A DNA stretch of 64,000 bases from an uncultured Gammaproteobacteria bacterium. GTDB lineage: Bacteria > Patescibacteriota > Patescibacteriia > Magasanikbacterales > UBA922. Positions 19,117 to 29,047 of the stretch are shown here, in pieces (position 1 is the first letter of the stretch; each line of letters starts with the position of its first letter). Below the pieces are notes generated by a model that saw nothing but the letters and a program-made list of their open reading frames with translations, ran no database searches and was not told the DNA's origin. The DNA lies in contig CAZMHV010000001.1 in NCBI GenBank assembly GCA_964566225.1, forward strand, positions 21,963 to 85,962. Direction: 5' to 3'. Position numbers and translations under genes: made by a program.

Positions 19117-20265
19117 ATGTCCAAATATATTTTTACATCCGAATCAGTAACCGAAGGTCATCCAGATAAAATTTGTGATCAAATCTCTGATGCTGTCCTC
19201 GATGCCATTTTTACTCAGGATCCAAATTCTAAAGTTGCCGTTGAATCTTTCACCACCACCGGTCTCGTGATTGTTGGGGGTGAAGTAACTACCAAAGCAA
19301 CTGTCGACGTGCAAAAAATTACTCGTGAAGTGATTCAAGATATTGGGTACACTGATCCAGACTATGGTATTGATTCAGAACATGCTGGTATCCTCATTTC
19401 TATTCACGAACAATCACCAGATATTGCCCAGGGTGTCACACAAGAAAAAGTAGAAGAACAAGGAGCCGGGGACCAAGGTCTCATGTTTGGCTATGCGTGT
19501 ACTGAAACAGAAGAACTCATGCCACTGCCGATTTCACTCGCACACAAATTAGCACGACGCTTGGCAGAAGTTCGCAAAAATGGAACTTTGAAATACTTGC
19601 GTCCAGATGGAAAAACACAAGTTGCTGTTGAATACGTTGATGGCAAACCAACTCGTTTACAAAATGTGGTTGTGGCTGCGCAGCATCATGACACGGTTAC
19701 TACCGAGCAACTCCGCGAAGATATTTTGCGTGAAGTTATTAAACCAGTCTGTGAAAAATACATTGATGCAAGTACAGAATTTTTTATCAACATGACAGGA
19801 CGTTTTGTCGTGGGTGGTCCACACGGTGACACTGGTCTCACTGGTCGCAAGATTATCGTTGACACCTACGGCGGCATGGGTCGTCATGGTGGTGGATGTT
19901 TTTCTGGAAAAGATCCAAGTAAAGTTGATCGCTCTGGTGCCTACATGGCTCGTCATGTTGCCAAAAATATTGTGGGTGCAGGCTTGGCAGAAAAGTGTGA
20001 AGTACAAGTTTCATACGTTATTGGCCGCGCACTTCCAACCAGTGTTCATGTGAATACTTTTGGTACAGGTACAGTAAGTGATGAAAAACTCGAAGCCGCT
20101 ATTACTGAAATTTTTGACTTCCGTCCAGGAAAGATTATTGAATACCTCAACCTCCGTCGTCCTATTTATCGCGCCACAGCTGCGTATGGACATTTTGGAC
20201 GAAATGAATTCCCTTGGGAACAACTTACTAAAGTTGAAGAACTCAAAACAAAGGTGCAAGCATAA
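19117..20265 (+). CDS. metK: S-adenosylmethionine synthetase
   Basis: [40 protein letters not shown]. An alternative start at 19102 is possible. Confidence 0.9.
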   Translation: MSKYIFTSESVTEGHPDKICDQISDAVLDAIFTQDPNSKVAVESFTTTGLVIVGGEVTTKATVDVQKITREVIQDIGYTDPDYGIDSEHAGILISIHEQSPDIAQGVTQEKVEEQGAGDQGLMFGYACTETEELMPLPISLAHKLARRLAEVRKNGTLKYLRPDGKTQVAVEYVDGKPTRLQNVVVAAQHHDTVTTEQLREDILREVIKPVCEKYIDASTEFFINMTGRFVVGGPHGDTGLTGRKIIVDTYGGMGRHGGGCFSGKDPSKVDRSGAYMARHVAKNIVGAGLAEKCEVQVSYVIGRALPTSVHVNTFGTGTVSDEKLEAAITEIFDFRPGKIIEYLNLRRPIYRATAAYGHFGRNEFPWEQLTKVEELKTKVQA

Positions 20266-20285
20266 TACAGAGTGAAGTTACATCG

Positions 20286-20360
20286 TTTCAGGTGTGACAC
20301 ATACTTTTTGCGCAGCCCGCGAAGGCGATAGCAAGCAAAAGGTATGTGTCACACCTGAAA
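20286..20360. repeat. long inverted repeat: 19-bp perfect arms (TTTCAGGTGTGACACATAC / GTATGTGTCACACCTGAAA) around a 37-nt GC-rich loop, in the metK 3' region
   Basis: Arms 20286-20304 and 20342-20360 are exact reverse complements. Confidence 0.7.
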
Positions 20361-20393
20361 CACATCGCAGCAAACGCAAAAAGCAATAAAAAA

Positions 20394-20429
20394 ACCCGAC
20401 CGCAGAAAAACGGTCGGGTTTTGTTGTTT
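20394..20429. terminator. bidirectional intrinsic terminator (CCCGACCG-CAGAAAAA-CGGTCGGG, T-run on both strands) shared by metK and the convergent REC gene
   Basis: 8-bp GC stem with flanking poly-A/T. Confidence 0.7.
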
Positions 20430-20453
20430 GAACGTCCGGGTGGCTGCCTGGGT

Positions 20454-20822
20454 TCAGTTGAGAAGTTTCTCGAGGATCCGTGGAAGGTCATCTTGCACGT
20501 AATCCTTGCGGCACACTCCTTGTGCCACATTTCTGCTCGTGAGCGCTGCGACCTCACGGTCGATGTCGGTTCCGAGCGTGCTGACCATGATGACGATGGG
20601 AATTTCGAGTCTCCTGTTTCGAAATTCCCAAATCAGGTTGAGGCCCTCTCTGTCAGGCATGATGCTATCGACCAGGATGAGGTCGAACATCACCGTGCTT
20701 TGCAGCTGTAGGGCTTGGTAGGAGTTCCGGGCGGTGTCCACCTCATGTCCTGCCGAAGCAAGGAACGAGGTGATCCATCGCGTTGGGAGTGGATCGTCGT
20801 CGATGACAAGAATTCTTGCCAT
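20454..20822 (-). CDS. stand-alone response-regulator receiver (REC/CheY-like) domain protein, GC-rich
   Basis: ILVIDDD (acid pocket), DLILVDSIMPDREG (phospho-Asp), typical REC length. SD GAAAGGA; alternative upstream ATG at 20846. No kinase nearby. Confidence 0.6.
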   Translation of the reverse strand: MARILVIDDDPLPTRWITSFLASAGHEVDTARNSYQALQLQSTVMFDLILVDSIMPDREGLNLIWEFRNRRLEIPIVIMVSTLGTDIDREVAALTSRNVAQGVCRKDYVQDDLPRILEKLLN

Positions 20823-20857
20823 GGGTAAGTCCTTTCCGGCAGCCATCCGGATGTTTG

Positions 20858-20886
20858 TTTATACCAAAAATATATTTTTTTGTCAA
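20858..20886 (-). promoter_or_regulatory. sigma70-like promoter (TTGACA-17nt-TATAAA) for the REC gene, back-to-back with the uppP promoter
   Basis: Hexamers read on the minus strand. Confidence 0.45.
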
Positions 20887-20924
20887 TCTTGTCTTTTTCT
20901 ATTTTTCTGCTATACTAAGCCCAT

Positions 20925-21749
20925 ATGTCAATTTTTCATGCCATTACCCTTGGGCTTATCCAAGGAATTACTGAGTTTCTCCCTATTTCGTCATCGGGCC
21001 ATCTTATTTTTTTGCCTCGTCTTTTTGGCTGGGCAGACCAGGGGATTGAGTTTGATGCGGTTTTGAATCTGGGTACACTCATTGCTGTGGTCTTTTATTT
21101 TCGCAAGGAATTGTGGCGCATTGCACAGAGTTTTTTGGTTCTTCCTCAAAAACAAAACGAGCAGCAAAAACAAAATTTTGCTCTTGGAATATTGCTCATG
21201 GTTGCCACCATTCCTGCAGCACTCGTGGGAGTTTTGTGGGGAGATTACTTGCAAGAAATTTTTCGTTCACCACTTTCTATTGCCATTACCATGAGTTTTT
21301 GGGGCATTGTTTTGTACGCGGCGCAAAAATATTTTGAAACAATGCAAGCGCAAAAAAAATTGCGTAGTATTGAAAAACTCACTATCAAAGATGCTCTGTT
21401 TGTGGGTACGGCTCAAGCACTGTCGCTTATCCCGGGCACATCACGTTCTGGTATTACCATGACAGCATCGCTCTTTGCCAAACTCAACAAATCTGATGCT
21501 GCCAAATTTGCATTTTACATGAGTGTGCCAATTACTGCATTGGCTGTTGCACACAAAATGCTTGACCTCGTGCATACTGGAATTGCTGCAAACTTGTATA
21601 CACCACTCATCATTGGGTTTATTACTTCACTCATTACTGCCTTGCTTACGATTCGATTTTTGCTCACCATGATCAAAAAATATAGCTTCACACCATTTGT
21701 GTGGTATCGAATTATCATGAGTATTGTTATTCTCATGTATTTTGTATAG
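20925..21749 (+). CDS. uppP: undecaprenyl-diphosphatase
   Basis: ITLGLIQGITEFLPISSSGHL plus the BacA-family TM pattern. An extended -10 (TGCTATACT) lies only 8 nt upstream of the ATG, so the mRNA is near-leaderless. Confidence 0.85.
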   Translation: MSIFHAITLGLIQGITEFLPISSSGHLIFLPRLFGWADQGIEFDAVLNLGTLIAVVFYFRKELWRIAQSFLVLPQKQNEQQKQNFALGILLMVATIPAALVGVLWGDYLQEIFRSPLSIAITMSFWGIVLYAAQKYFETMQAQKKLRSIEKLTIKDALFVGTAQALSLIPGTSRSGITMTASLFAKLNKSDAAKFAFYMSVPITALAVAHKMLDLVHTGIAANLYTPLIIGFITSLITALLTIRFLLTMIKKYSFTPFVWYRIIMSIVILMYFV

Positions 21750-21752
21750 CCT

Positions 21753-22742
21753 ATGAAAAAACAATCTGTTGCTGTGCTTGGCGCAGGAAATATGGGAACC
21801 GCACTTGCGTTTGTGCTTGCTCAAAATGGACATGCGGTAGATATTTGGAATTGGGAAGGCGAACAACAACCCCTCACCGATATTTTGGAAACTCATGAAA
21901 ATAAAAAATATTTGCCAGGCGTGACGCTCACCAAAAAAATTCGACCTGTTTTTGATCTTGCCCAGGCTGTGGCACAAAAGAAAATTATTTTTTTGTGTGT
22001 GAGTACAGTGGCCATGAAATCAGTGGTGAAAAATTGCGCCAAATATGTATCTGCAGGAACCATTTTGGTCGATGTATCCAAAGGTCTTGATCCACAAACT
22101 GGTAAAACTATTCCACAAATTATTCAGGGACTCACCAAAAAAAACAAAACACATATTGTTGGAATTTCTGGTCCTGCCGTAGCATCACAAATGGTTGCGG
22201 GTGAATACACGGCTTTGGTTTTGGGTGGAGAGAACAAAAAAGCCTGTGTGGCCGTGCAACAAGTTTTACAAAATGCCTTTTTAAAATTAGAAATTGCTGA
22301 CGATGTGCAGGGAGTTGAATATGTTCAAACACTCAAAAATGTGTATGCGCTCGGACTCGGTATTGTAGAAGGTCTTGGGTTTGGCAAAAATACACAAGCC
22401 ATATTTTTTGCAGAAGCAGTGAAAGAAATGATGCAAATTTTGGAGTGGAAAAAATGCAACCCTGACACAGTACTTGGACTCTGTGGAATTGGAGATTTGT
22501 TTACCACCTCTCAAAGTACCGAGGGACGAAATAGACAGTGTGGTGTACTCGTAGGAAAAGGGGATACGGTGCATAAAGCCATGCGTGAAGTGTGTCAAAC
22601 CGTAGAAGGCTACACAGCACTCGTAACCTTTTACAAAATGCTTGGTACCAAAGCAAATAAACTTCGTTTTTTTTCTTTTATCTATAGTGTGGTAGAAAAA
22701 AAGGTTTCTTCGGAAAAAGCACTTAAAAAGTTTTTTGCGTAA
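21753..22742 (+). CDS. gpsA: NAD(P)H-dependent glycerol-3-phosphate dehydrogenase
   Basis: VAVLGAGNMGTALAFVLAQNGH Rossmann motif; family-typical remainder. Confidence 0.85.
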   Translation: MKKQSVAVLGAGNMGTALAFVLAQNGHAVDIWNWEGEQQPLTDILETHENKKYLPGVTLTKKIRPVFDLAQAVAQKKIIFLCVSTVAMKSVVKNCAKYVSAGTILVDVSKGLDPQTGKTIPQIIQGLTKKNKTHIVGISGPAVASQMVAGEYTALVLGGENKKACVAVQQVLQNAFLKLEIADDVQGVEYVQTLKNVYALGLGIVEGLGFGKNTQAIFFAEAVKEMMQILEWKKCNPDTVLGLCGIGDLFTTSQSTEGRNRQCGVLVGKGDTVHKAMREVCQTVEGYTALVTFYKMLGTKANKLRFFSFIYSVVEKKVSSEKALKKFFA

Positions 22743-22776
22743 GGGAAGAGTTATACTTTTAAGTATAAAATATTGT

Positions 22777-24255
22777 ATGGATGAAAAAGAAATTTTTAAA
22801 CTCATAAGCGATGTCTCGCAAAAAATAAAAACACCAGCATATGTTGTTGGTGGGTATGTTCGTGATCAACTACTACAAAAAGAACACAAAAAAGATTTTG
22901 ATTTTGTGGTACTTGGGAGTGGTGTAGACTTTGCACAGGCCTTTGCACAGCATGTCAATGAAATCGCTGGTGTACCACATGATGTCTCTACTGAAGTTGG
23001 GACACTGATTGAATTTCCAGAATTTCACACAGCACGTTTTGTATTTACACAAACACACGAAGACGGGAGCAAAACAAAAATATGTGAAGTAGAGTTTGCT
23101 GGGGCTCGTAATGAAAGTTATCGCAGTGACTCACGTAAACCGGTAGTACAACTTGCAACGCTCGAAGAAGATTTGTCTCGTCGTGATTTTACGGTCAATG
23201 CCATGGCACGAGAAGTTATGGACAATGGGGAACTGGGGGGTATTGTGGATCCATTTGATGGACTTACAGATTATAAAAATAAAATTTTGCGCACTCCACT
23301 TGATGCAGACGAGACATTTTCTGATGATCCACTTCGTATGCTGCGTGCGGCTCGTTTTGCCGCGCAGCTTGAATTTACGATTGATCCAGATACATACCAA
23401 GCGATAGAACGAAATGCCGATAGACTCAAAATTATTTCAGCAGAACGTATCAGTGAAGAGCTTATGAAGCTGCTCAAAGCGCCGATTCCTTCCCTTGGAT
23501 TGTGGATTTTGTATAACACCAAACTTTTTGAAAAATTTTTACCAGAGGTCAATGAACTCGCGGGGGTAGAAGAAGTCTTTGGGTATTCACACAAAGATAA
23601 TTTGTCACACACGTTTGCTGTGGTAGATAACATTGCCGAGCAGAGTGACAAGCCACTCTTGCGCCTCGCTGGCCTCATGCATGATATTGCCAAACCTCAA
23701 ACCAAAAAATTTGAACCTGGTCGTGGTTGGACATTTGACTTGCACGAACATTTGGGTAAAAAAATGACACGTGATATTTTTCGCCGACTTCGAATTGGTA
23801 AAAAGGAAGCAGAGTATGTTGCCAAGCTAGTGCGATGGCATTTGCAACCCATTGGTCTCATGGACGAAGGTATTACCGACAGTGCCGTGCGACGTCTCAT
23901 TGTAAACGCGGGTGAAGAACTCAGTGATCTATTGATTTTGTGTCGCAGTGACATCACTACTGGCAATCAAAAGAAAAAAGCACAACGACTCAAAAATTAT
24001 GATATTTTGGAACAACGTATTGCTGAGGTGATTGAAAAAGATAAAATGAGAGCATTTCAGTCACCAGTTCGTGGTGAAGAAATTATGCTGTTGTGTGGAC
24101 TTAAACCAGGGCCTACTATTGGAAAGATAAAAATCGCTATAGAAGAAGCTATTTTGGAAGGAGAAATTCCCAACGAATACGAAGCCGCCAAAAAATATTT
24201 TGAAGCGATCAAAGAAGAATATTTGGCACAGGCCAAGGAGTGGGAAAAACAATAG
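22777..24255 (+). CDS. cca: CCA-adding enzyme / tRNA nucleotidyltransferase with HD domain
   Basis: YVVGGYVRDQLL...DFDFVV head motif, HD motif (LMHDIAKP). Confidence 0.75.
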   Translation: MDEKEIFKLISDVSQKIKTPAYVVGGYVRDQLLQKEHKKDFDFVVLGSGVDFAQAFAQHVNEIAGVPHDVSTEVGTLIEFPEFHTARFVFTQTHEDGSKTKICEVEFAGARNESYRSDSRKPVVQLATLEEDLSRRDFTVNAMAREVMDNGELGGIVDPFDGLTDYKNKILRTPLDADETFSDDPLRMLRAARFAAQLEFTIDPDTYQAIERNADRLKIISAERISEELMKLLKAPIPSLGLWILYNTKLFEKFLPEVNELAGVEEVFGYSHKDNLSHTFAVVDNIAEQSDKPLLRLAGLMHDIAKPQTKKFEPGRGWTFDLHEHLGKKMTRDIFRRLRIGKKEAEYVAKLVRWHLQPIGLMDEGITDSAVRRLIVNAGEELSDLLILCRSDITTGNQKKKAQRLKNYDILEQRIAEVIEKDKMRAFQSPVRGEEIMLLCGLKPGPTIGKIKIAIEEAILEGEIPNEYEAAKKYFEAIKEEYLAQAKEWEKQ

Positions 24256-24288
24256 GCAATTTTTTTGTTTTTGTGTTATAATTTATTC

Positions 24289-24699
24289 ATGAAACACAAA
24301 GATCAACAATCCGTTATACGGCGTTTTTTTCAATCTCGCCTTTTTTTGGTAATTACGTCGCTGATTTTGCTTTTGATTGGCTTTAATTATGGCCGAGCGT
24401 ACTACGAAGAGTACCAAGTACAGCAAAAAATTAGAGAATTAGAACAGCAGGTACAGTCACTCCAGGGCAAAAAATTGGAATCTCTTGAGTTATTGCAGTA
24501 TGTGAAGAGTGACAATTTTATTGAAGAAAAAGCCAGAACAGAGCTGAATTTGAAAAAACCAGGCGAAAATGTTGTTTTTGTTGAGGGGGTTCCGACCGTG
24601 AGTACTACACCGTCACTTCCATCACAACCTGTGGATGAATACCCCTTGAGTAATCCACAAAAATGGTGGTATTATTTTACTCGAACCCAAGAAAAATAA
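24289..24699 (+). CDS. cell-division protein FtsB/DivIC family (TM + coiled coil)
   Basis: TM helix, leucine-zipper-like coil, SDNFIEEKARTELNLKKPGE signature. Extended -10 TGTGTTATAAT sits 7 nt upstream of the ATG (leaderless). Confidence 0.6.
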   Translation: MKHKDQQSVIRRFFQSRLFLVITSLILLLIGFNYGRAYYEEYQVQQKIRELEQQVQSLQGKKLESLELLQYVKSDNFIEEKARTELNLKKPGENVVFVEGVPTVSTTPSLPSQPVDEYPLSNPQKWWYYFTRTQEK

Positions 24700-24759
24700 A
24701 GAGCCGAGAGAAGTTGAAACAAAGTTTGTTTTTATTTCTTTATACTTATTTGTATTTCT

Positions 24760-25887
24760 ATGGAAGAAGAAAAGAAAGAAATGTCATCATCCGAAGTACC
24801 GGCTGAAGGCACAGGAGCAAAAGAAGAACATGCTGGTGTACAGATGTCTGAATCAAAAAAATTTAATCTTTCTGTCCTGTTTTTTGGATTGGTGGGCGCT
24901 TTGGTCGTAGTGCTTTTCCTGTTTTATGTTGGTTTATCTGCACAGGTAAGAAAACTTTCAAATAATCCAATGGTTATTCGTGCGGCGACGGTTCTTCATT
25001 TGCCTGCAGTGAAAGTAAATGGAGAAACTCTTACATACGTAGATTATTTAAATGATGTAAGTTCTCTCAAAAAATTATCAAGTAATCCTTCTTTTTCATT
25101 TGGTACAACCTCTGATCAAGATATTTCAGATTTGGTAGTAGCCAATTTTTTTACTACAGCCAAAGTACATGAAATTGCCAAAAAATATAATGTAACCGTA
25201 ACTCCCGAAGAAGTTGAAAACAAAAGAAAAGAATTGGTCGCACAGTTTGGTGAAGAAGACGTGAAAAAAAGTATCCAAGAAAACTATGGGTGGGATGTTG
25301 AAACATTTCTTAAGAAAATTATCGAACCAAGTTTGTTGAATACCAAAGTAAAAGAAGCTTTTGAGAATGATACTCAGGGTACTGAAGGCGCAGAGTTCTC
25401 ACGTGAAGAAGCCAATGTGAGTCACATTCTTTTGAAAGTAGATGATCCAAATAATGCAAAAGTAAAAGCAGAACAAAAGAAAAAAGCTCTTATGGTACTT
25501 GCTCGTTTGAAAAAAGGTGAAGACTTTGCCACTTTGGCCAAACAATTTTCTGACGATGGCAGTAAAGACAATGGTGGAAGTCTTGGATGGGTACCTCGTG
25601 GTGCTACCGTAGAATCATTTGACAAAGTTGCCTTTGCTTTGGAAGCAGGTAAAATAAGTGACATTGTAGAGTCAACTTACGGTTTTCACATTATCAAAGG
25701 TGGAGAAAAAAGAACTGTCCATGATTTTGAGAAATATATTGAAAGTGAAGTGAAAAAAATGCAACCAAAATTTTATATCCCTATTCACAATCCTTTGGAT
25801 ACTTTTGCAGCTCAGGCAGCTCCACAAGCAGATCCAAATCAAGACATGGCTGCACCAGCAGACGTGGCTCCGGCTCCAACCAAGTAA
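24760..25887 (+). CDS. membrane-anchored parvulin-type peptidyl-prolyl isomerase (PrsA/SurA-like)
   Basis: Rotamase motifs SHILL...GEDFATLAKQFSDDGSKDNGGSLGW...YGFHIIK. N-terminal TM. Confidence 0.7.
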   Translation: MEEEKKEMSSSEVPAEGTGAKEEHAGVQMSESKKFNLSVLFFGLVGALVVVLFLFYVGLSAQVRKLSNNPMVIRAATVLHLPAVKVNGETLTYVDYLNDVSSLKKLSSNPSFSFGTTSDQDISDLVVANFFTTAKVHEIAKKYNVTVTPEEVENKRKELVAQFGEEDVKKSIQENYGWDVETFLKKIIEPSLLNTKVKEAFENDTQGTEGAEFSREEANVSHILLKVDDPNNAKVKAEQKKKALMVLARLKKGEDFATLAKQFSDDGSKDNGGSLGWVPRGATVESFDKVAFALEAGKISDIVESTYGFHIIKGGEKRTVHDFEKYIESEVKKMQPKFYIPIHNPLDTFAAQAAPQADPNQDMAAPADVAPAPTK

Positions 25888-25999
25888 ATAAATTTCTATC
25901 GACCTCCTCACCAGGAGGTCGATGTACGCGGGTGTACTTCGTGCATCCTCTGCGTTCGGAGAAAATACAAAAATATATTTTTGTATTTTCTCCTCTCTT

Positions 26000-26070
26000 G
26001 CGGGTGTAGTATAATGGTAGTATGCGACCTTCCCAAGGTTGAGGCACGGGTTCGATTCCCGTCATCCGCT
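26000..26070 (+). tRNA. tRNA-Gly (anticodon CCC)
   Basis: Cloverleaf folded by hand: acceptor GCGGGTG/CATCCGC, anticodon loop TTCCCAA, T-loop TTCGATT; no encoded CCA. Confidence 0.8.
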
Positions 26071-26199
26071 CAGGTTAAAACATCGCTTCATTGAGCGGTG
26101 TTTTTTTGTATCCATTGGTGAGGATCGAACTCATAGACAAAAATTTTGTGAATTGTTACAATTAGTGAGTAATTTATTTACATTTAAGTTAAGGCTCAT

Positions 26200-27198
26200 A
26201 TGTCTGAAGGAATACATGAACAGAATAAAGAAGCGATTTTGTCAATTGCAGAGAAATATCTCTCTGATCTTTTAAAAACATTGAGGTTTGAAAGTAGTAT
26301 GGCGGATGTAAATTTATCTTCCCTAGACCCTAGTTTGTCTGCTGATAAAACTCAAGAAATAATAAATAAAGTTCGACTTACTTTAGGAAAAAAATTTCTT
26401 TATATTTCTCGTAAAGATATCCTGGATAATGCGGCATCCTATGTTTTTCCAAAACAAGTTGCACGATTAAAAATAGAAGATGGGAAAACTGTTGAACTCT
26501 TTATTGATGAAGAGAAGTTTCTCTCGGATACATTCAAAATTCTTGAATCTTCAATCTTTTTCCGAATTCTCAAGGAGCAATTTAATATCGCTGACCCTGC
26601 AGCAGGAGAACAAGAAGCATTATCTCATGAAATAAATTTGGGCAATGCTCAGATTCAAGAAAAGGAAAGAAGAATTCGAGAAATGGAAGAGCTCTCTTTA
26701 TCTAATAGAACTGTGAGAGAAACACTTAACGTCCCAGACAGTACTCAAGTAAAAGTTGTAAAACAAGGAGAAATAGGTTTTATCGATGAATCTGATAGCC
26801 GTAAATATCTTGAAACTATAGGAGCGGATTCTTGTATTGTGGTAGTAGCTTTTAACCCTGAAAAACAGATTTTAGGACTTACACACATGGATGCATTGAC
26901 TGATTCTCTTTTAACCATCCAGAAACTTTTACAAAAAGTTGGTGTTCGAGAAGTCTCTATTTTAGGAGGGGATAGTACCACTTTAGATATACTCCTCGAA
27001 ATAAAAAATTTTCTTGAGGCACAAGATATTTCTGTTAAAGAATGGGATGTTTTAAATACAGTAAAAAGTGTAATCGTTGATAAGCAAACAGGAAAAATTT
27101 ACGATGTCTTAATCCCTACCCAAGGTGGAACTAACATTACGATTGCTGATATATTTTCGAAAGTAGGTCGAAGACAAGTTGCTAAAGAAGTTAAATAA
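26200..27198 (+). CDS. hypothetical protein (332 aa)
   Basis: Native low-GC codon usage. No recognisable motifs. Confidence 0.45.
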   Translation: MSEGIHEQNKEAILSIAEKYLSDLLKTLRFESSMADVNLSSLDPSLSADKTQEIINKVRLTLGKKFLYISRKDILDNAASYVFPKQVARLKIEDGKTVELFIDEEKFLSDTFKILESSIFFRILKEQFNIADPAAGEQEALSHEINLGNAQIQEKERRIREMEELSLSNRTVRETLNVPDSTQVKVVKQGEIGFIDESDSRKYLETIGADSCIVVVAFNPEKQILGLTHMDALTDSLLTIQKLLQKVGVREVSILGGDSTTLDILLEIKNFLEAQDISVKEWDVLNTVKSVIVDKQTGKIYDVLIPTQGGTNITIADIFSKVGRRQVAKEVK

Positions 27199-27310
27199 AT
27201 AGCTTTTAGTTCTAGGATGCCTATACCGCCGCGTGGAGTTCTGGTATACTATAAACCAACTGCCGATTCACCATCACCTCAGTTCGAACATCATCTACCA
27301 ACCCGCTCAA

Positions 27311-27342
27311 GAAAATATCCCTAAAATAAGGGATATTTTTTC
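27311..27342. terminator. AT-rich bidirectional hairpin (ATATCCCT-AAAATA-AGGGATAT + T-run)
   Basis: 8-bp stem read directly. Confidence 0.4.
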
Positions 27343-27409
27343 ATTTGACCCGCAGCTATGGTGGTGTTATGATATAAATCAATACTGAATTGAGTCACGA
27401 GAGAGGCTA

Positions 27410-27426
27410 TGGTACAAATTGTACCA
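27410..27426. promoter_or_regulatory. 17-bp perfect palindrome TGGTACAA-A-TTGTACCA between a -10-like TATGATATAAAT and the KilA-N gene start; candidate operator
   Basis: Arms are exact reverse complements. Confidence 0.4.
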
Positions 27427-27450
27427 CTCCTTTTATGAATTTATATCTCT

Positions 27451-28266
27451 ATGAAGAAAATTATCACCCATGGTTTGCAGATATCAGTTATAAAGGATAA
27501 CCAAGAAGAATATATTTCTTTGACGGATATGGCAAAATTCAAAGATCGTGAAGCTACTGGAATCGTAATTGCAAATTGGTTATCAACGAAATATACTATT
27601 CAATTCATGGGAGCTTGGGAACAAGTACATAATCCTGGTTTTAATGTTATGGAATTCCATAACATTAAAAATGAGGCTGGTTCCAATGGATTCATACTGT
27701 CTTCTTCAAAATGGATTCAAAAAACAAATGCAATCGGTATAAGATCCTCCGCCGGTAGATATGGAGGAACTTTTGCGCATCGAGATATTGCCTTTGAATT
27801 TGCAACTTGGCTATCACCAGAGTTTAAACTCTATTTGATCAAAGAATTTCAAAGGTTGAAACTCGAAGAAAATAAAAAATTAGAACTTGGTTGGGATACC
27901 AAAAGAATGCTTACTAAAATAAATTATCGCATTCATACAGATGCTATTCAAAAAAATCTCATACCAAAAGAAATTACTAAGGCACAGGCAAACGTTATTT
28001 TTGCGAGTGAGGCCGATGTACTCAATAAGGCACTTTTTGGTATGACTGCAAAAGAATGGCGTGACAAAAATTCAAAATTAAAAGGTAATATCCGCGATTA
28101 TTCGGATGTAACACAACTTATTTGTCTTGCAAATTTAGAGTCTTTTAATGCGGAATTTATACGGCAAGGTCTTTCTCAAGCTGAACGTTTATTAAAACTC
28201 AATGAGATTGCCATTATTCAAATGAAGTCTTTGCTGGGAAATAATTCCTTGAAAAAATTGAGTTAA
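27451..28266 (+). CDS. KilA-N domain protein (phage/MGE-associated DNA-binding domain) with C-terminal extension
   Basis: The N-terminal approximately 110 aa match the KilA-N pattern (ISLTDMAKF...WLS...GTFAHRDIAFEFATWLSPEF). Confidence 0.65.
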   Translation: MKKIITHGLQISVIKDNQEEYISLTDMAKFKDREATGIVIANWLSTKYTIQFMGAWEQVHNPGFNVMEFHNIKNEAGSNGFILSSSKWIQKTNAIGIRSSAGRYGGTFAHRDIAFEFATWLSPEFKLYLIKEFQRLKLEENKKLELGWDTKRMLTKINYRIHTDAIQKNLIPKEITKAQANVIFASEADVLNKALFGMTAKEWRDKNSKLKGNIRDYSDVTQLICLANLESFNAEFIRQGLSQAERLLKLNEIAIIQMKSLLGNNSLKKLS

Positions 28267-28282
28267 TTACTGATAAAATTTT

Positions 28283-28861
28283 ATGGAAATTCAACGACCT
28301 CCTTCAAAACAATCCCTCCCATCAAATGCGAAACTAGTATTTAAGGGAACAATTTTTGATGTATACCAGTGGAAACAAGAAGGATATGATGGGAAAATAA
28401 AAATTTTTGAAAAAATAAAAAGACCTGACACTGTGGTGATTCTTCCAATCTTAGAAGATGGTAAAATACTCTTAGCTCGGCAAGAACAACCAGGCAAGGA
28501 ACCTTTCTTGGGTACAGTAGGCGGAAGAGTCGACGAAGGCGAGACCCCACTTGAAGCAGCAAAAAGGGAACTTTTGGAGGAAAGTGGATATGAAGCAGAA
28601 GAATGGTCTCTCTTTCATTCTGTCCAACCTGTCAGTAAAATGGAATGGGCTGTTTACATATTTATTGCCAAACAATGTAAAAAAGTTGCAGATCAGAATC
28701 TTGATGGTGCTGAGAAAATAGATCTGATGCCTGTTGACTTTAATACATTCACAAATTTGGTGTTGGATAAAGATTTTGTAGATTTGGAATTAAAAGTAAA
28801 ATTTTGGGAGGCTAAATTGGATCCCAATCTTATGGAAGAGTATAAAAAAATGTTGTCTTAA
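28283..28861 (+). CDS. NUDIX hydrolase
   Basis: Nudix box GGRVDEGETPLEAAKRELLEESGY. Confidence 0.8.
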   Translation: MEIQRPPSKQSLPSNAKLVFKGTIFDVYQWKQEGYDGKIKIFEKIKRPDTVVILPILEDGKILLARQEQPGKEPFLGTVGGRVDEGETPLEAAKRELLEESGYEAEEWSLFHSVQPVSKMEWAVYIFIAKQCKKVADQNLDGAEKIDLMPVDFNTFTNLVLDKDFVDLELKVKFWEAKLDPNLMEEYKKMLS

Positions 28862-29047
28862 TATAAATATTTTTGTATGAGCGAAATGCCCCACGTTTAG
28901 AAAAATCATTTATAAGAGAAGTGCTGGACGGACCATTGAATTTAAATCAGAAATCAATTTTTTATTTCATGATGCATTTAAAAAAGGGGAAGTTGCTACT
29001 TTGGATACAAGTTCAACTGCTTCAGAAAAAGCAGCATAATAAACACT

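Noticed and set aside
25781-26065. 94-aa minus-strand ORF
   Set aside because: It overlaps tRNA-Gly (the classic tRNA-antisense ORF) and runs through the PPIase gene's 3' end.
27200-27300. tRNA-like fragment (…CAGTTCGAACATC…) as a possible att site or tRNA remnant
   Set aside because: No complementary acceptor or T-stem could be built. The TTCGAA match is probably chance.
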